From Macrostomum hystrix (Eukaryota; Animalia; Platyhelminthes), in contig CATNEN010000001.1 in the NCBI GenBank assembly GCA_950097015.1, forward strand, positions 3,038,001 to 3,102,000: 64,000 nt of DNA, in the 5' to 3' direction. The notes beneath the pieces are model-generated. The model was not told where the DNA came from, made no database searches, and saw only the letters and a list, made by a program, of their open reading frames with translations. Positions 37,811 through 51,357 of the stretch are shown in pieces (the first letter of the stretch is position 1; every line of letters begins with the position of its first letter). The position numbers were made by a program, and so were the translations under genes.

Positions 37811-38484
37811 CTCTTCTTCGTAGGATGTTTTGAAGTCCGGTGGACCGCTCCGAGTCTGAATTTTCAGCTCGGATTTTCACTTGAATTTATAGTAAAACTT
37901 TGGGGAAAAACCGGTTCTACTACTGGGTGTTTACTTAGGTCATACACATATTTTTTTAGTGAGTCATGATTGTGAGTTTTACCATATTGGGAATATTGTG
38001 TAAATACAGATGCAGAAACCGATGAGTCATAATTGTTTGTTTTAACATACTTCAAGATTTCAAGAAAATCCAGCTGTCGAGAACCAGTTCTCCGGTTTCA
38101 TGTCACATGACTTGTTTCTAAAAATAGCGCACGACTCATTCCTAAAATTAGATTAAACGTTATGGCTGAGGTTTCCTTGTGACATTACTTTAAGTAGCGC
38201 GTTAAGCAAAAGCATATTTTACAACTCTCTACAGTCTAAGTGTCTGGTGGCAAAAATCACCTATATAGGCATAATATTAATATTGTATAGTTCATTGTAT
38301 TAATTTTGTAGTCAGTTTTTCATTATAACCAATATTGATTAGCCGAAGAGGTTTATTATACAAAGCTATGTCAGTTGTCCTTGTCACCAGGGTCTGTCCG
38401 CCGATGCCGACGTCGGACGGGCTTTGAGAGTTATTTCGCCGTAAAGGACGGAAAATTTTGATCCATTTTATACATAATAATATG

Positions 38485-38662
38485 CGGGCCGTATTGACTT
38501 TAGAAATATGAGATAGTGGAGAGATGCGACAGATAAGGGATGGCGGCAGTGACGGGAGATGAGACACAGGAGAGATGAGACAAGATACTGTAGGTGTTGG
38601 AAGGGGCAACGGGCCGGATTTGGGAGCTTCGAGGGCCGCATCTCGCCCGCGGGCCGGAGTTT
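38485..38662 (-). mobile_element. Truncated copy of the Charlie-like hAT MITE
   Basis: Reverse complement matches 50736-51250 (CCGGCCCGCGGGC.AGATGCGGCCCTCGAAGCTCCCAAATCCGGCCCG). Confidence 0.75.
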
Positions 38663-39984
38663 ATCATCGATGATGCGAATGCACTACTGTTAGTAGTCAA
38701 ACAGATAATCGTCATCTATGATAATTTTAACTTTTAAATTCAAATTTAATATCTAAATTTGATCCTTGCGACCGTTAAAATGCAGACAGCCCCCATGGAT
38801 CTAAGTATTATAAAAACTTTACAAAGAGCGAAGCATTTAACCAGCATGATCCATTAAAAAATACCATCTCGTAAATGCCTGACAAAACATCTCTTAATTA
38901 AAGAAAGTTTGACACAGTTGACTCTTTTGAGAATGCCAAGAATAGACTGAAGACTTTCATCTGTATTTAGACCGACTGCTTCAGGGCAGTATAGAAATAT
39001 TCTTACTGAAAAAAATATAACTATGCTCGTAACAATATCTTCTCACAGTTTAACTTTCGACAGTCTAAGCTACAAATGTATAGATATTTGAATTATTAGA
39101 AAAGTCTGTAAGACAGGCAATAGGGAACTTCTAATGTCCTGGCTGATCTGAAGCAATGGACAATTTGGTGTCTCGCCGAAGGACAAAAAATCCATGCATT
39201 AAGCAAGTTTTAGTACAGTGTAGTAAAATAAAATTTATGAGGCAAAATATCTGGCAACTGAATCAAAAAGTTATCTTATTCAGTCGCTAAAGAATGCCAT
39301 TCTAAAAGATCCAGTTTCCGAATGTTACTGCAAACACATTTTTCTTTTTTTCTGTATCTCTCAAAATATTCAACCAATCGCGATGAAAATCCAGAACAAA
39401 GGCTAAAATTTTCTGCTCTATCCGATCATACTACTTCCAGAACCACAAAACATTTAGCATCGTCAAGATATTCAATGATTCTCGTTGAGGTGTCTGGTGG
39501 CAAAACTCACCAATGTAGGAATACTTCTGCAGATTTCATTATGTAACCATGCAGGCTATTGTTGTTGATTATAGCGCATTGTTTTATTGCTAATTATTAC
39601 GAGTATATTCGCCAAATAGGTTTATACAGTGCTAGATGTCCTCGTCAACAATGTCTTCTACAACGTTCGCTGAATATCTCGACGATGCTGACATCGGACG
39701 GCTTTGAAAGTGAGTTTCATCGTATGCGTAAAGGGCGGAAAACTTTGATCCATGTGGTGGACTTTCACCTAAATCGGTCATTCGGTTTGGGAGCTTTCGT
39801 GAAGTAGACAGTGGGTGGTCTCGTGGTCTTTCTATTAAACATTTTTTTTAAAAACAAACGTAGACAATTTATTCTGGACTCCCAAGCTGCCACATTCAGC
39901 ACTCGCAACTGTACTGCCAATTTAAATCCAGCAATTATCGTAGTCCATTCTCCTAAATTAAAGCATGACGTGGACGCGGCTGCT

Positions 39985-42900
39985 TCAACGATTTGACGTC
40001 GCCCCGGCAGATCGACGAGAACTGGCGGAGGCCGAGCCTCGGGCAGCGCCGGAGTCCACCTCAGATTCCACGGCCGGCGCTGGCGTCTCAGTCTCGGGCT
40101 CGCCAGGACCGGCCCAACGCTCCAGCTCCTGTCGCACGAGGCGTTCCATTCGTTCGCGTTTCTCGGCCTCGCTGGCGCCCTCGCATTCGGCCACCGAGTC
40201 GAGCAGCCGGCTCATGGTTTCGCGTCGCTTCAGCTTGGCCCTCTCCATGCTCTCCAGCTTCAGCAGCACCGCGTCGATGCGGTTCACAATGCCACCGATG
40301 CTGTGCTCCATGCGGTCTACGCGGCGCGACAGGTTCGTGAATTCGTCGACGCTGACACCGCCGGCGGTCTGAGGACGGCCGCGCGCGCTGCGAAGCGAGC
40401 CGCGCGTGCTGGCGCTCGCCCCACCGACCGCGCCGGCCTCTTTATCGTTGCTGTTGCTGTCCTCGTTTTCAATATCTTCAGCGGCTGCTTCGCTTCTGGC
40501 ACTGCCCGGACGCTGGCGTTGCTGCTCGGCGCGTTCGCTTTCGATTTGACTGTTCAGAGCGGCCTTGAGTGAGATAGGACATTGCTAGTGGTAAGACATT
40601 TGCAATGGTACGAGATTGGTTATTGGAGGACATTAGTAATCTAGGAAATCGGTAATGGTTGGACATCGGTAATGATGCGAGATTGGTAGTTTTAGGACAG
40701 TGTTACTGGTAGGACATTTGTAGTAATGGTAGTAAATCGGTACTTGTAGTAAATTAGTTATGGTAGGACATTGGTAGTGGTAGGACATTTGTAATGGTAG
40801 GACATGATTAATCGTAGGACATTGATATAGGTATTGGTTGGTCATTGGTGTTAATATTCGTTGGTAGAATAACCATAGTATCAGTAGAACATAGGTAATG
40901 GTACGATTGTGTAGTAGCTCTTACATGCAGATTAGCACATGTAATGGTGTTTTATTGCATATTTGTTAAGCGTCTTTTGGTTCAATAGTACCCGCGTTAG
41001 CTTGTAAAATCTGAATAAGTAAACATTTGTCCTACTAACCGCAATTAACTTACCTTCTGTCCTTCCAATTCCGACTGCATCCTGCGTTGTTCGTCTTCGT
41101 CCAGCACCCGATCGCCGTCCATATCGTAGCGAGCAAACAGGGCTTCGATTTCTCCGTCGGCGTAGCCTCGCCTTTATGTCGCGAGTTTGAATGTAAAGTA
41201 TTTGAGATTGTTTTAGGGCATCGGCAATAAGTTTTATTAATGTATTCTCCAGTGCATGTTAGTAACGGGTTAATAAGTTTATCAGGGACTCACATCTTGA
41301 GCTCAGTTCGCCATTCCTCAAAGTCCAACTGTCTGTCGTTGTTCATGTCCGCGGACTGCATGGCTCGCTGGATGTCCACAATCTTGTCGCGGCGCAGGTG
41401 CAGCTTGTCAAGCATTCGCCCGGCACGCTGAGAAATTATGTGAAGTGTGCGATAGAAGTGAAGTGTGGGAATAAAATATCTTTTGGTAATTGTATTGTAT
41501 TGTTTTGGGAGCGACTGTTGCTATGGCAACGCAACAACCGTTTTTAAGCGCATTAGGAATGATATTAATCAATTTTTAATTAGTGTAGGTGTCTCTTGTA
41601 GATGTAAATGATTCCGATTAATTTAGTGCATAATTTATTAACTTTGAGAACCCGATCGAGCCACGGCACCCGCGTTTTTGAGCACTGTCGAACTGAAAGC
41701 TTTCTGTGAAACCGTTTGTTACTTTCCCGCTCAGTTACTATTCCTATTTTTAGTGAGCCACTTTCGCACCTGCTTAAAGTAGTCGGTCATCTCAAAGTCG
41801 TTCGGCTGATTAGCCAGGTTGCTCTTCACCTCGCTGTAGGTGTCGTTGATGATGGCAAGGAACATGTTGATGAGCACGAAGAACACGAAGAACACGTACA
41901 GAATGAAGTAGATGGGTCCCAGCACTCGATGTGCATTCTGCAGGCTGGCGAAGTCGAAGTCGCCCAGAATGATTCGGAACAGTGTGAAGATGGCCTGCTG
42001 GAACTCGCGGAAGTCCTCCACCTTGGTGCCGAAGATGAGGTAGCCCAATTGGGCGAAGGCAAAGAACACGATGAAGAACATCACCGCGAATCCTAGGAGA
42101 TCTTTGGCGCAGGCGCCCAGAGTTGAGCTTAGCTGAGTCATAGTCTTATTGAAGCTGATGTACTTGAAGATTTTCACCCAGGCGAAGAACACGGTAATTG
42201 CGATCGCATTGTTGAACTGCTCCTGCCAGAAGGACAGGAAGTCAAAGTCTGGATAGCGAGTCTCGTCCTGCAGTAAGCTCGTCAGCTTGTTTCCTACGCT
42301 GATTGTCCGATAGACGTTGAAAGTGGCGCAGACTAGGGCGATGACAATCACCAAAATGTCCAGCCAGTTCCAGAAGGAGCTGAAGTAAGCCAGCTTGTGC
42401 CGCTTGATCTCAATGATCTCCTCAACAATGTAATAGCAGATGAAGAGCATGAAGATGCACTCGCAGGCTAGGACAAAATAGTCCACTGGTTCCACGTAGC
42501 GCAGCAGCTTGACTGTGCGGAACTCCCAGGAGGTGAAGCCGCCACCAGTAGCCGGAAACTCGGCTATCAGCTTGATCACGCAGAACAGATTAATGTTGGC
42601 ATTGTAGACCGTGAAGTCGATGAAGACCGCCCTGGTTGATCGGTCGATCCACAGTCCGTTAAAAAGTTCGCTGATTTTAGCGGACGTATCATCGCGACTT
42701 CGTCCGAGGTCGATGTAGTAGCCGCCGCCGTTGTAGGTGGCCAGCTTGCCGGTGTAGCCGCGACCGTCGAGCTGCTGCTCAGTTGAGTAGTTCCAGGCGG
42801 TCGAGTTCATGTAGCCGAACGGCTCGCGACTCTCGGCGCTGTGGCTGTACATGGCGTAGCAGGCGCGGATGTTGGCGCGGAAGTCAGCTGCGATGGAACA

Positions 42901-44951
42901 GCTGTCGTTGCGGACGCGAACCTTTTTAGTGGATGGAAGAAGCGAATAATTCTTTGAAAATTGTCTAAAAGAAAGTGTTTAATCTCACCAACCTGTCTCA
43001 TTCTGGGCACTCCGAGCAGCTTGTTCTCGTAGTAGATAAAGTTGCGTTCCCTCGGATCAGTAACATTGGCGTTATTGTACCAGGTGTCCCAGTAAAGTCC
43101 TGAGATCAGCGGGCCTTGGGCGAACTAAAACAATAGATCGTTTGAATAGTAAGATATTTAGACAGGTTCTCTACTAGAGTACTCAAACAAAACTTTCGAG
43201 CTTCAAAACTTACCCCCCACCAGTCGGCGAAGTTGTTCAGCGAGTTAAACGTGGCAGAGCTGGACGTTGGCGTGGTCAGGAACAGCATGTTCATCACGGA
43301 TGTGTAGTAATACATGGTTGACGACGTCATGCCGAAAGTGACTGCGGATTAGAAAGTTTTGAAAGCCAGTAAAATACTGCTGTTTGAAATCGGTTTGTCA
43401 AATAAAAAACAGTGACTCAATGCGAAACATTTTCCAGTGACACGTACAGATCATCAGAACAATGAGAAACAGGCAGTAGACAATGAGCTCTCGCAGTGTG
43501 GTTTTGATGTAGAGCTCGCGGTTTTCGCGCGTGTCCATGGTGTAGTTGGTGCGCCACACAACTGCAGTCAGTTTGTGAGTTTTTGTGATAGTGATGTTCT
43601 TCTGGCCAAAAGTGATTTCTAATGACGTGCAATAAAAATTATACCGCCGTGAAATAAGTGGTAAAAACCTGCTATTTTCAATTAATGAATTTTTTAAAAC
43701 AACTCCTTGATTAGGAAACACAATCCAAAAACGTCTACTTCAAAAAGGGGTGATCTACGAGCGTATTTGCGAGTGATCCGTCCTTATTACTGGTGTTATT
43801 AAAAGATACAGTTATCAAGACTGAATAGGATCAAATATAGACAATAATGATAATCTACTATTAAAGGTGCGTCAGATTTGACTTTAAATAATATAAAATT
43901 TACGGATGCAGATGACCACTAGGAAGATGCAATACATGACTAGCTCTCTCAGGGTTGTTTTTATCTTCAACTCGGCATTTTGGGACACATCTTCCGTGTC
44001 TTTTGTCATCCAGAAAGCTGCGTAGAAAATGTAGTTGTTGGAAATATTTTGGGACTTCAAACCTGCACAAAACCACTTCACCACTTCGGATAACTATGGG
44101 ATATTCATCATTATTTGGTGACACTAGACCCGCAGACAGCAAGGAGGCCATTCTGCCGCTGACTCCTGAGCACACACGCACACTAATACCGTAACTAATA
44201 CACTAATACACAGGTGTGTGTACATCTGACTTTCTCATCTTCACGAGGTTGAACCTCTAAGTCTAGGGCGTAAATTACACGACAAGCCTTCACGCCTTCT
44301 CTTCGCGTCTGCGTCCCAAATAAATGTGGCCTCCCCGCGTAATCGAGCTTAGGGACCTTGGTGCGAGAGGCAAACGTGTTAACACTCTATCAATTGTCCC
44401 CATCAAATGTAATATTAATAGCAAATGAACTTGTGATGGTATCTTAGTTTTCATAAATTTTCATTGCATGATTTACTTTCCAATATCAGCGAAGCTCCAG
44501 TTTCTCACCTCTGACGCCTTTCTTGAACTTGCCCCAGCAGCCAGCGGCTTCGTCGTCGTTGTTTTTCTCGACAATGGCAGCCTGGCTACCGAAGTTGGAG
44601 GCCATCTCAAGCTGCTCAGCTGTGGCAGCAGAGGTGCCAGGCGCATTTTCATCGCCGGCGTTGGGTCCCCAGGCCTACGAAACATTTTTGAAGTTCGTGG
44701 TTATCAGAAGGGTAGTTATAATCCACTATTACCTACATTATCTAATCTTTCTTTCTTGTAAAGTTTCTAATTGCGGCATTAAAGTGCATGTTAACCTGAC
44801 TGCCACCGGCCTGACTACCGCGCAGGCGAGCCGACCCAGTTGTCGAGATAATATCCTCGCCCTGGGCCATGCTGCGGCGAGATTTGGCGCTAGACGGCTG
44901 CTGCTGCTGATCGCCGCTTCGACTTTTGGCACTGGCCGGTCTTGATGCCAT
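39985..44951 (-). CDS. PKD2: Polycystin-2 / TRPP cation channel
   Basis: Exons 44951-44795, 44674-44509, [44017-43904 or 43561-43448], 43341-43214, 43124-42994, 42921-41770, 41427-41294, 41171-41054, 40563-39985. Hallmarks: [44 protein letters not shown], pore [33 protein letters not shown]-hand-like [12 protein letters not shown], coiled coil [20 protein letters not shown]. Confidence 0.96.
44110..44400 (-). mobile_element. SINE family A copy in a PKD2 intron
   Basis: Reverse complement of 36275-36635. Confidence 0.8.
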
Positions 44952-45069
44952 GGTCGCTGCGCGGTTTTTAGCTAACTTTTCTTGATGACCTGTCCGACAT
45001 TGTTGGTTTGCAAACGTTCATTCTATTCGTTAAACTTTATAAACTAATTTTGCGACAACACTAAAAATA

Positions 45070-45356
45070 ATTATAATTGATTATACCTACCGAATGGGGC
45101 CAGATGTGCAGCCGACAGCACAGCCGCATCTGAAGGCTGCGTACGGCTGTTCAGTCCATGGACTGGGGGGGACAGAACACTTACCCTCAATTACCCCAGC
45201 TAATGCTGGTACCCATTTAATAGCTGGTTGAACTGAAGCAATGCAGAGTTTAAGTGTCTTGCTAAAGGACACAAATTGTTCCAGTGGAGTCAGGAATCGA
45301 ACCCACGACCTTCATGTTGTGAGTCTGACGCTCTAACCACAAGGCTACAACCTCTT
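45070..45356 (-). mobile_element. SINE family B copy in the putative PKD2 5'-UTR intron
   Basis: Reverse complement of 2081-2385. Confidence 0.85.
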
Positions 45357-46371
45357 ATAACAACCTAGTGTTGCAGTGACTACACTAGCACTAACTAGCT
45401 GAATAGTTCAACCAGAGACCATGTTTGTGTTGGCCTTTAATAAAACGCAACAATGAATTGAGACACTTACCAGAATCCGAAAAAGAAATGTCGACGTTCT
45501 CCACTGTCTGTCCCTCGAAGGCGTTTAACGCACGACGCCGTGTTTCTATTAAATCTCAGATTGCCGATGGCTACCCCTACCGCCCCACCTCCAACCCCCC
45601 GCCGCCTTCTGTTTGTTGTCACCAGCAACAAAACGCTGCGATTCTGCGCTCGATCCGGTTGCCAAGGGCAACGCGCAGCAGCTGCTAGTGTGTCGTTGGG
45701 AATTTTTGAGGAGGCAGTTAGGCAGCGTAGCTACAACAATAGGGACAACAAAGAGAGGCGAGGGTAAAAAACAGATTGAAAAATCGTCAAATCCTATCTT
45801 AATTTCGCATCCGCATTCACCTACTCTCTCTCTCTCTCTCTCTCTTTCTCTGTTGAACGCTGCATTAAAATTTCAACAGTGAGCAAGTGATGGAGCTTGA
45901 GATTTAGATAGCGAGAAAATTGAGGATGCGAAAACGCGCATTTTGTTTTACTGCCATTATCTCGGCACGGAGTTGATTTCGCAGGGGCATACCAGCATAG
46001 CAAGCTTTGGGATTTCTGGAGCGTGCCGTGTCGTCTCTGCCCCCCCGTAGAAAAATCCACTGATTAAGTGTCCTACGCTGAGGAATAGACGCTCGTAGAT
46101 TTTCTCTACATTGAGCTTGTTTTGTGAGCATTAAATTCATTTTTCCAAATATATCCATCTTCCCGGTCACGCTTCGTGGAACCAAATTAAAGCGATCGGC
46201 CTTTTAAACAAATTGAAATTGTGAGACAATATGATGGCGAGAAAATATCTTATAGACGTTGCAATTTTTAATTAGAAAATTTCTGAACTTTTTCTTTTGT
46301 CAGTCACAATCTTAGACTACAATGCCCTCTGTTACTTTTATTATTATTTCTGATCTGTTATTCCAGATGCT

Positions 46372-48075
46372 AAGATTCCCAATTGTCAGATTCCCAATTT
46401 TCAGATTCCCAATTGTCAGATTCCCATTTGTCAGATTCCCATTTGCCAGATTCCCATCTATTTTATTCCCAATTGTCAGATTCCCAAATGTCAGATTCCC
46501 ATTTGCCAGATTCCCGATTGTCAGATTCCCAATTGTCAGATTCCCATTTGTCAGATTCCCGATTGTCAGATTCCCATTTGTCAGATTCCCGATTGTCAGA
46601 TTCCCATTTATCAGATTCCCGATTGTCAGATTCCCAATTGTCAGATTCCCATTTGCCAGATTCCCGATTGTCAGATTCCCAATTGTCAGATTCCCAATTG
46701 TCAGATTCCCGATTGTCAGATTCCCATTTGTCAGATTCCCGATTGTCAGATTCCCATTTATCAGATTCCCGATTGTCAGATTCCCAATTGTCAGATTCCC
46801 ATTTGCCAGATTCCCGATTGTCAGATTCCCAATTGTCAGATTCCCAATTGTCAGATTCCCATTTGTCAGATTCCCGATTGTCAGATTCCCATTTATCAGA
46901 TTCCCAATTGTCAAATTCCCAATTGTCAGATTCCCATCTATTTGATTCCCAATTGTCAGATTCCCAATTTTCAGATTCCCAATTGTCAGATTCCCAATTG
47001 TCAGATTCCCAATTGTCAGATTCCCATTTGTCAGATTCCCGATTGTCAGATTCCCAATTGTCAGATTCCCATTTATCAGATTCCCAATTGTCAGATTCCC
47101 AATTGTCAGATTCCCATCTATTTGATTCCCAATTGTCAGATTCCCAATTTTCAGATTCCCAATTGTCAGATTCCCAATTTTCAGATTCCCAATTGTCAGA
47201 TTCCGATTTATCAGATTCCCAATTGTCAGATTCCCAATTTTCAGATTCCCAATTGTCAGATTCCCATTTGTCAGATTCCCAATTTTCAGATTCCTAATTG
47301 TCAGATTCCGATTTATCAGTTTTCCAATTGTCAGATTCCCAATTATCAGATTCCCAATTGTCAGATTCCCAATTTTCAGATTCCCAATTGTCAGATTCCG
47401 ATTTATCAGATTCCCAATTGTCAGATTCCCATTTGTCAGATTCCCATTTATCAGATTCCCAATTGTCAGATTCCCAATTTTCAGAATCCCAATTGTCAGA
47501 TTCCGATTTATCAGATTCCCAATTGTCAGATTCCCATTTATCAGATTCCCAATTGTCAGATTCCCAATTGTCAGATTCCCAATTTTCAGATTCCGATTTT
47601 TCAGTTTCCCATTTATCAGATTCCCATCTATTTGATTCCCATTTATCAGATTCCCAATTTTCAGATTCCCATTTATCAGATTCCGATTTATCAGATTCCC
47701 AATTGTCAGATTCCCATTTATCAGATTCCCAATCGTCAGATTCCCAATTTTCAGATTCCCAATTGTCAGATTCCGATTTATCAGGATCCCAATTGTCAGA
47801 TTCCCATTTGTCAGATTCCCATTTATCAGATTCCCAATTGTCAGATTCCCAATTTTCAGAATCCCAATTGTCAGATTCCGATTTATCAGATTCCCAATTG
47901 TCAGATTCCCATTTATCAGATTCCCAATTGTCAGATTCCCAATTGTCAGATTCCCAATTTTCAGATTCCGATTTTTCAGTTTCCCATTTATCAGATTCCC
48001 ATCTATTTGATTCCCATTTATCAGATTCCCAATTTTCAGATTCCCATTTATCAGATTCCCATTTTTCAGATTCAT
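46372..48075. repeat. 15-bp minisatellite, ~113 copies, between the divergent PKD2 and SLC7 genes
   Basis: Unit TCAGATTCCCAATTG with variants; higher-order block duplication in the right part. Confidence 0.97.
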
Positions 48076-48757
48076 TCATACTTGTATTTGCCAGAATACT
48101 TCATTTCAAATTCCAAATTGTGAAATTCAGATTGGATTATATACCTGCCCTGCACAAAGAATAATTTCCGACAAATTTTCAGAGGCGATTCCTAGAAAAT
48201 CTGAGTCCATAAATAATACAATTGCAGACGCCTTGTTAGTACTCTAATAAGCAGATCTAAGTTCGAGCCATAATCATGCCTTACTTACCTGTCTCTAATA
48301 TATCTCTAAGTTAAGAAGCAGAAAATGATGTACACTGTCACAGATTTTGTACAGATAAAAAACACGTGTCAAGAATAATTTTAGCATCAGCTGGGGAGGC
48401 TATGACCCTATCAAGAGTACCGAAAACTTTCTGAAAGATAAGCAACCAAAGAGAAAGTTCTGACTGGCAACCATATGAGTGCGAGTCACTTTCGGTTAAA
48501 ACTAAAGTTTATCTCAGTTACATATTTTAGGGCGAGTCCAGGCAAAGCTCGGAGCACTGACTGCTTAGTGAGATCAGTTTCTTAGAAGCGATTTCCGGAG
48601 GCCTAAGAAGTCTGCGAGCTAAGCATTCTCAGCCAGGTGAGTGAGCTTTGATTTGTGTCAATAGAGCACTTGGGATACACGCTATCTTTTAAGGATACAA
48701 TTCCACGACCTATATTGGTTACAAACTGAAACCCTTTTGTCTCTGAAACCACTTTAC

Positions 48758-49840
48758 AGTCTGTGCTACCACCCTACTGTATCTGCTGCCACCCTACTGT
48801 CTCTGCTACCACCCTACTGTCTCTGCTACCACCCTACTGTCTGTGCTACCACCCTACTGTCTGTGCTACCACCCTACTGTCTCTGCTACCACCCTACTGT
48901 CTCTGCTACCACCCTACTGTCTCTGCTACCACCCTACTGTCTCTGCTACCACCCTACTGTCTCTGCTACCACCCTACTGTCTCTGCTACCACCCTACCGT
49001 CTCTGCTGTCTCTGCTACCACCCTACCGTATCTGCTACCACCCTACCGTCTCTGCTACCAACCTTCTGTTTCTGCTACCACCCTACTGTCTCTGCTACCA
49101 ACCTTCTGTTTCTGCTACCACCCTACTGTCTCTGCTACCACCCTACTGTCTGTGCTACCACCCTACTGTCTCTGCTACCACCCCACTGTCTGTGCTACCA
49201 CCCTACTGTCTCTGCTACCACCCTACTGTCTCTGCTACCACCCTACTGTCTGTGCTACCACCCTACTGTCTCTGCTACCACCCTACTGTCTGTGCTACCA
49301 CCCTACTGTCTCTGCTACCCCTCTACTGTCTCTGCTGCCACCCTACTGTCTCTGCTACCACCCTACTGTCTGTGCTACCACCCTACTGTCTGTGCTACCA
49401 CCCTACTGTCTCTGCTACCACCCTACTGTCTGTGCTACCACCCTACTGTCTGTGCTACCACCCTACTGTCTGTGCTACCACCCTACTGTCTGTGCTACCA
49501 CCCTATTGTCTCTGCTACCACCGTACTGTATCTGCTGCCACCCTACTGTCTGTGCTACCACCCTACTGTCTGTGCTACCACCCTACTGTCTGTGCTACCA
49601 CCCTACTGTCTGTGCTACCACCCTACTGTCTGTGCTACCACCCTACTGTCTCTGCTACCACCCTACTGTCTGTGCTACCACCCTACTGTCTCTGCTACCA
49701 CCCTACTGTCTCTGCTACCACCCTACTGTCTCTGCTACCACCCTACTGTCTCTGCTACCACCCTACTGTCTCTGCTGCCACCCTACTGTCTCTGCTACCA
49801 CCCTACTGTCTCTGCTGCCACCCTACTACTGTCTCTGCTA
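48758..49840. repeat. 20-bp minisatellite, ~54 copies; same family as 54955-55850
   Basis: Unit CTACTGTCT(C/G)TGCTACCACC. Confidence 0.97.
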
Positions 49841-50408
49841 CAAGGTCCTTAGATTCGATTTCTACATGGGTCTCACCTACTGTCTTTTTTATCTACTATA
49901 TGCAGTGTTGGGCATCGTTAATGAAAAACTTAACTTCGTTAACAGTTAAGAAGTTAACTCTAACTGGTGAATAAACTAACGATTAACGGTTAACGATTTA
50001 GCTTTTGGCAGAAAAGTAACGCAGAAATCGTTAAAAACGTAACTTTCACCCAAAAAACTTATTTCTTACATAACGACTGCTTACAAAATGTAAATAAACG
50101 CATTTTCTACCCTAAAACTGTCTTTTTGTTTCATTTTCATGATTATACTGTAATGAAATCGGTATTCTATTTTAAATAGTCTCGTATAAACTGTATTTTT
50201 CGCACCGATGTTTTGTATCAAGATGTAAGATAATTATTTGTTTAAAGGAGGCTTGTTTAGTTAAATATAAAGAAACATTAACTAATTAACTTAACTTAAC
50301 TAACTTAACTAAATTAACTAATGTTGCCAGTAGCTTTAGTCTAGACGCCCTGAACTACTGCTATGTAACGAATTGTCGGGATCAGCGCGTGCGCCGGCAA
50401 AGCGTCTT

Positions 50409-50644
50409 TGTGACACACTAAAAGTGGGGACCGAACCTCGCGCTGACAGAGCCGGTTTCTGGCTTGTTTGCCTTCGTCAGTCAGCCATAGCCACACGCCG
50501 TCCTCTCCCACCACTCTTAGTGTGCACAGAAGTCTGTTTTAAGCTAGCCATTTTTATGGCGATATTTTTTGGTGTTATGTGAGAGTTTGCAGCCAAGTCT
50601 TTGCTTTTCTACTGTTGTCAGTAGTCTGAATTGTATCTTTCACA
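50409..50644. mobile_element. LTR-like repeat, second copy
   Basis: Closely matches 37570-37810; TG...CA ends; no matching TSD. Confidence 0.7.
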
Positions 50645-50735
50645 GTCAGTAGCATTATCAAGTGAATTATATTAAGTAGTACGAGCTACTTCAGCTAAGT
50701 AAGCTTGAGAGTGCAGCCTTCCGAACATCCTATAG

Positions 50736-51250
50736 CAGGGGTCGGCAAACTCCGGCCCGCGGGCCAGATGCGGCCCTCGAAGCTCCCAAATCCGGCCCGT
50801 TGCCCTTTCTGACATCTACAGTGTCCTGTTTCATCTCTCTCGTGTCTAATCTCTCCCGTGTCTAATCTCTCCTGTGTCTCATCGCTCTTGTGTCTAATCT
50901 CTCCCGTGTCTCATCGCTCTCGTGTCTTATCTCTCCCGTGTCTTATCTCTCCCGTGTCTAATCTCTCCCGTGTCTAATCTCTCCTGTGTCTCATCTCTCC
51001 TGTGTCTAATCTCTCCCCTGTCTTATCTCTCCCGTGTCTAATCTCTCCTGTGTCTCATCTCTCCCGTGTCTCATCTCTCCCGTGTCTAATCTCTCCCCTG
51101 TCTTATCTCTCCCGTGTCTAATCTCTCCCGTGTCTAATCTCTCCCGTGTCTCATCTCTCCCCTATCTCATATTTATACAGTCAGTGCGGCCCGCTATCGT
51201 CTTTTAGGTTCTCTCTTTGGCCCGCCAGCAAATAAGTTTGCCTACCCCTG
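50736..51250. mobile_element. hAT-Charlie/Buster-like MITE with an internal ~19-bp minisatellite
   Basis: TIRs CAGGGGTCGGCAAACT / AGTTTGCCTACCCCTG; 8-bp TSD TCCTATAG with central TA. Confidence 0.9.
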
Positions 51251-51357
51251 TCCTATAGTCATTTATTTTAAATGGCGACCACCCAGACATGAAAACATTA
51301 CAATATGGTTAACATAGTTAATGCCCAACACTGACTATATGTATCCAGGCATTCAAC

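Larger units (their letters stand above)
49903..51333. mobile_element. hAT-type non-autonomous element containing nested insertions
   Basis: TIRs CAGTGTTGGGCAT / ATGCCCAACACTG; 8-bp TSD ACTATATG at 49895-49902 and 51334-51341; subterminal TTAAC repeats. Confidence 0.85.

Noticed and set aside
39965-40572. Plus-strand ORFs overlapping the last PKD2 exon
   Set aside because: Antisense shadows of GC-rich coding sequence.
46312-48164. 587-aa GNLTI pentapeptide-repeat-like ORF
   Set aside because: Product of a 15-bp satellite with ORFs on both strands; no splice or domain context supports coding.
48737-49974. Cys/Leu-rich ORFs in three frames (also 54975-55743 and 60865-61849)
   Set aside because: Translations of ~19-20-bp minisatellites.
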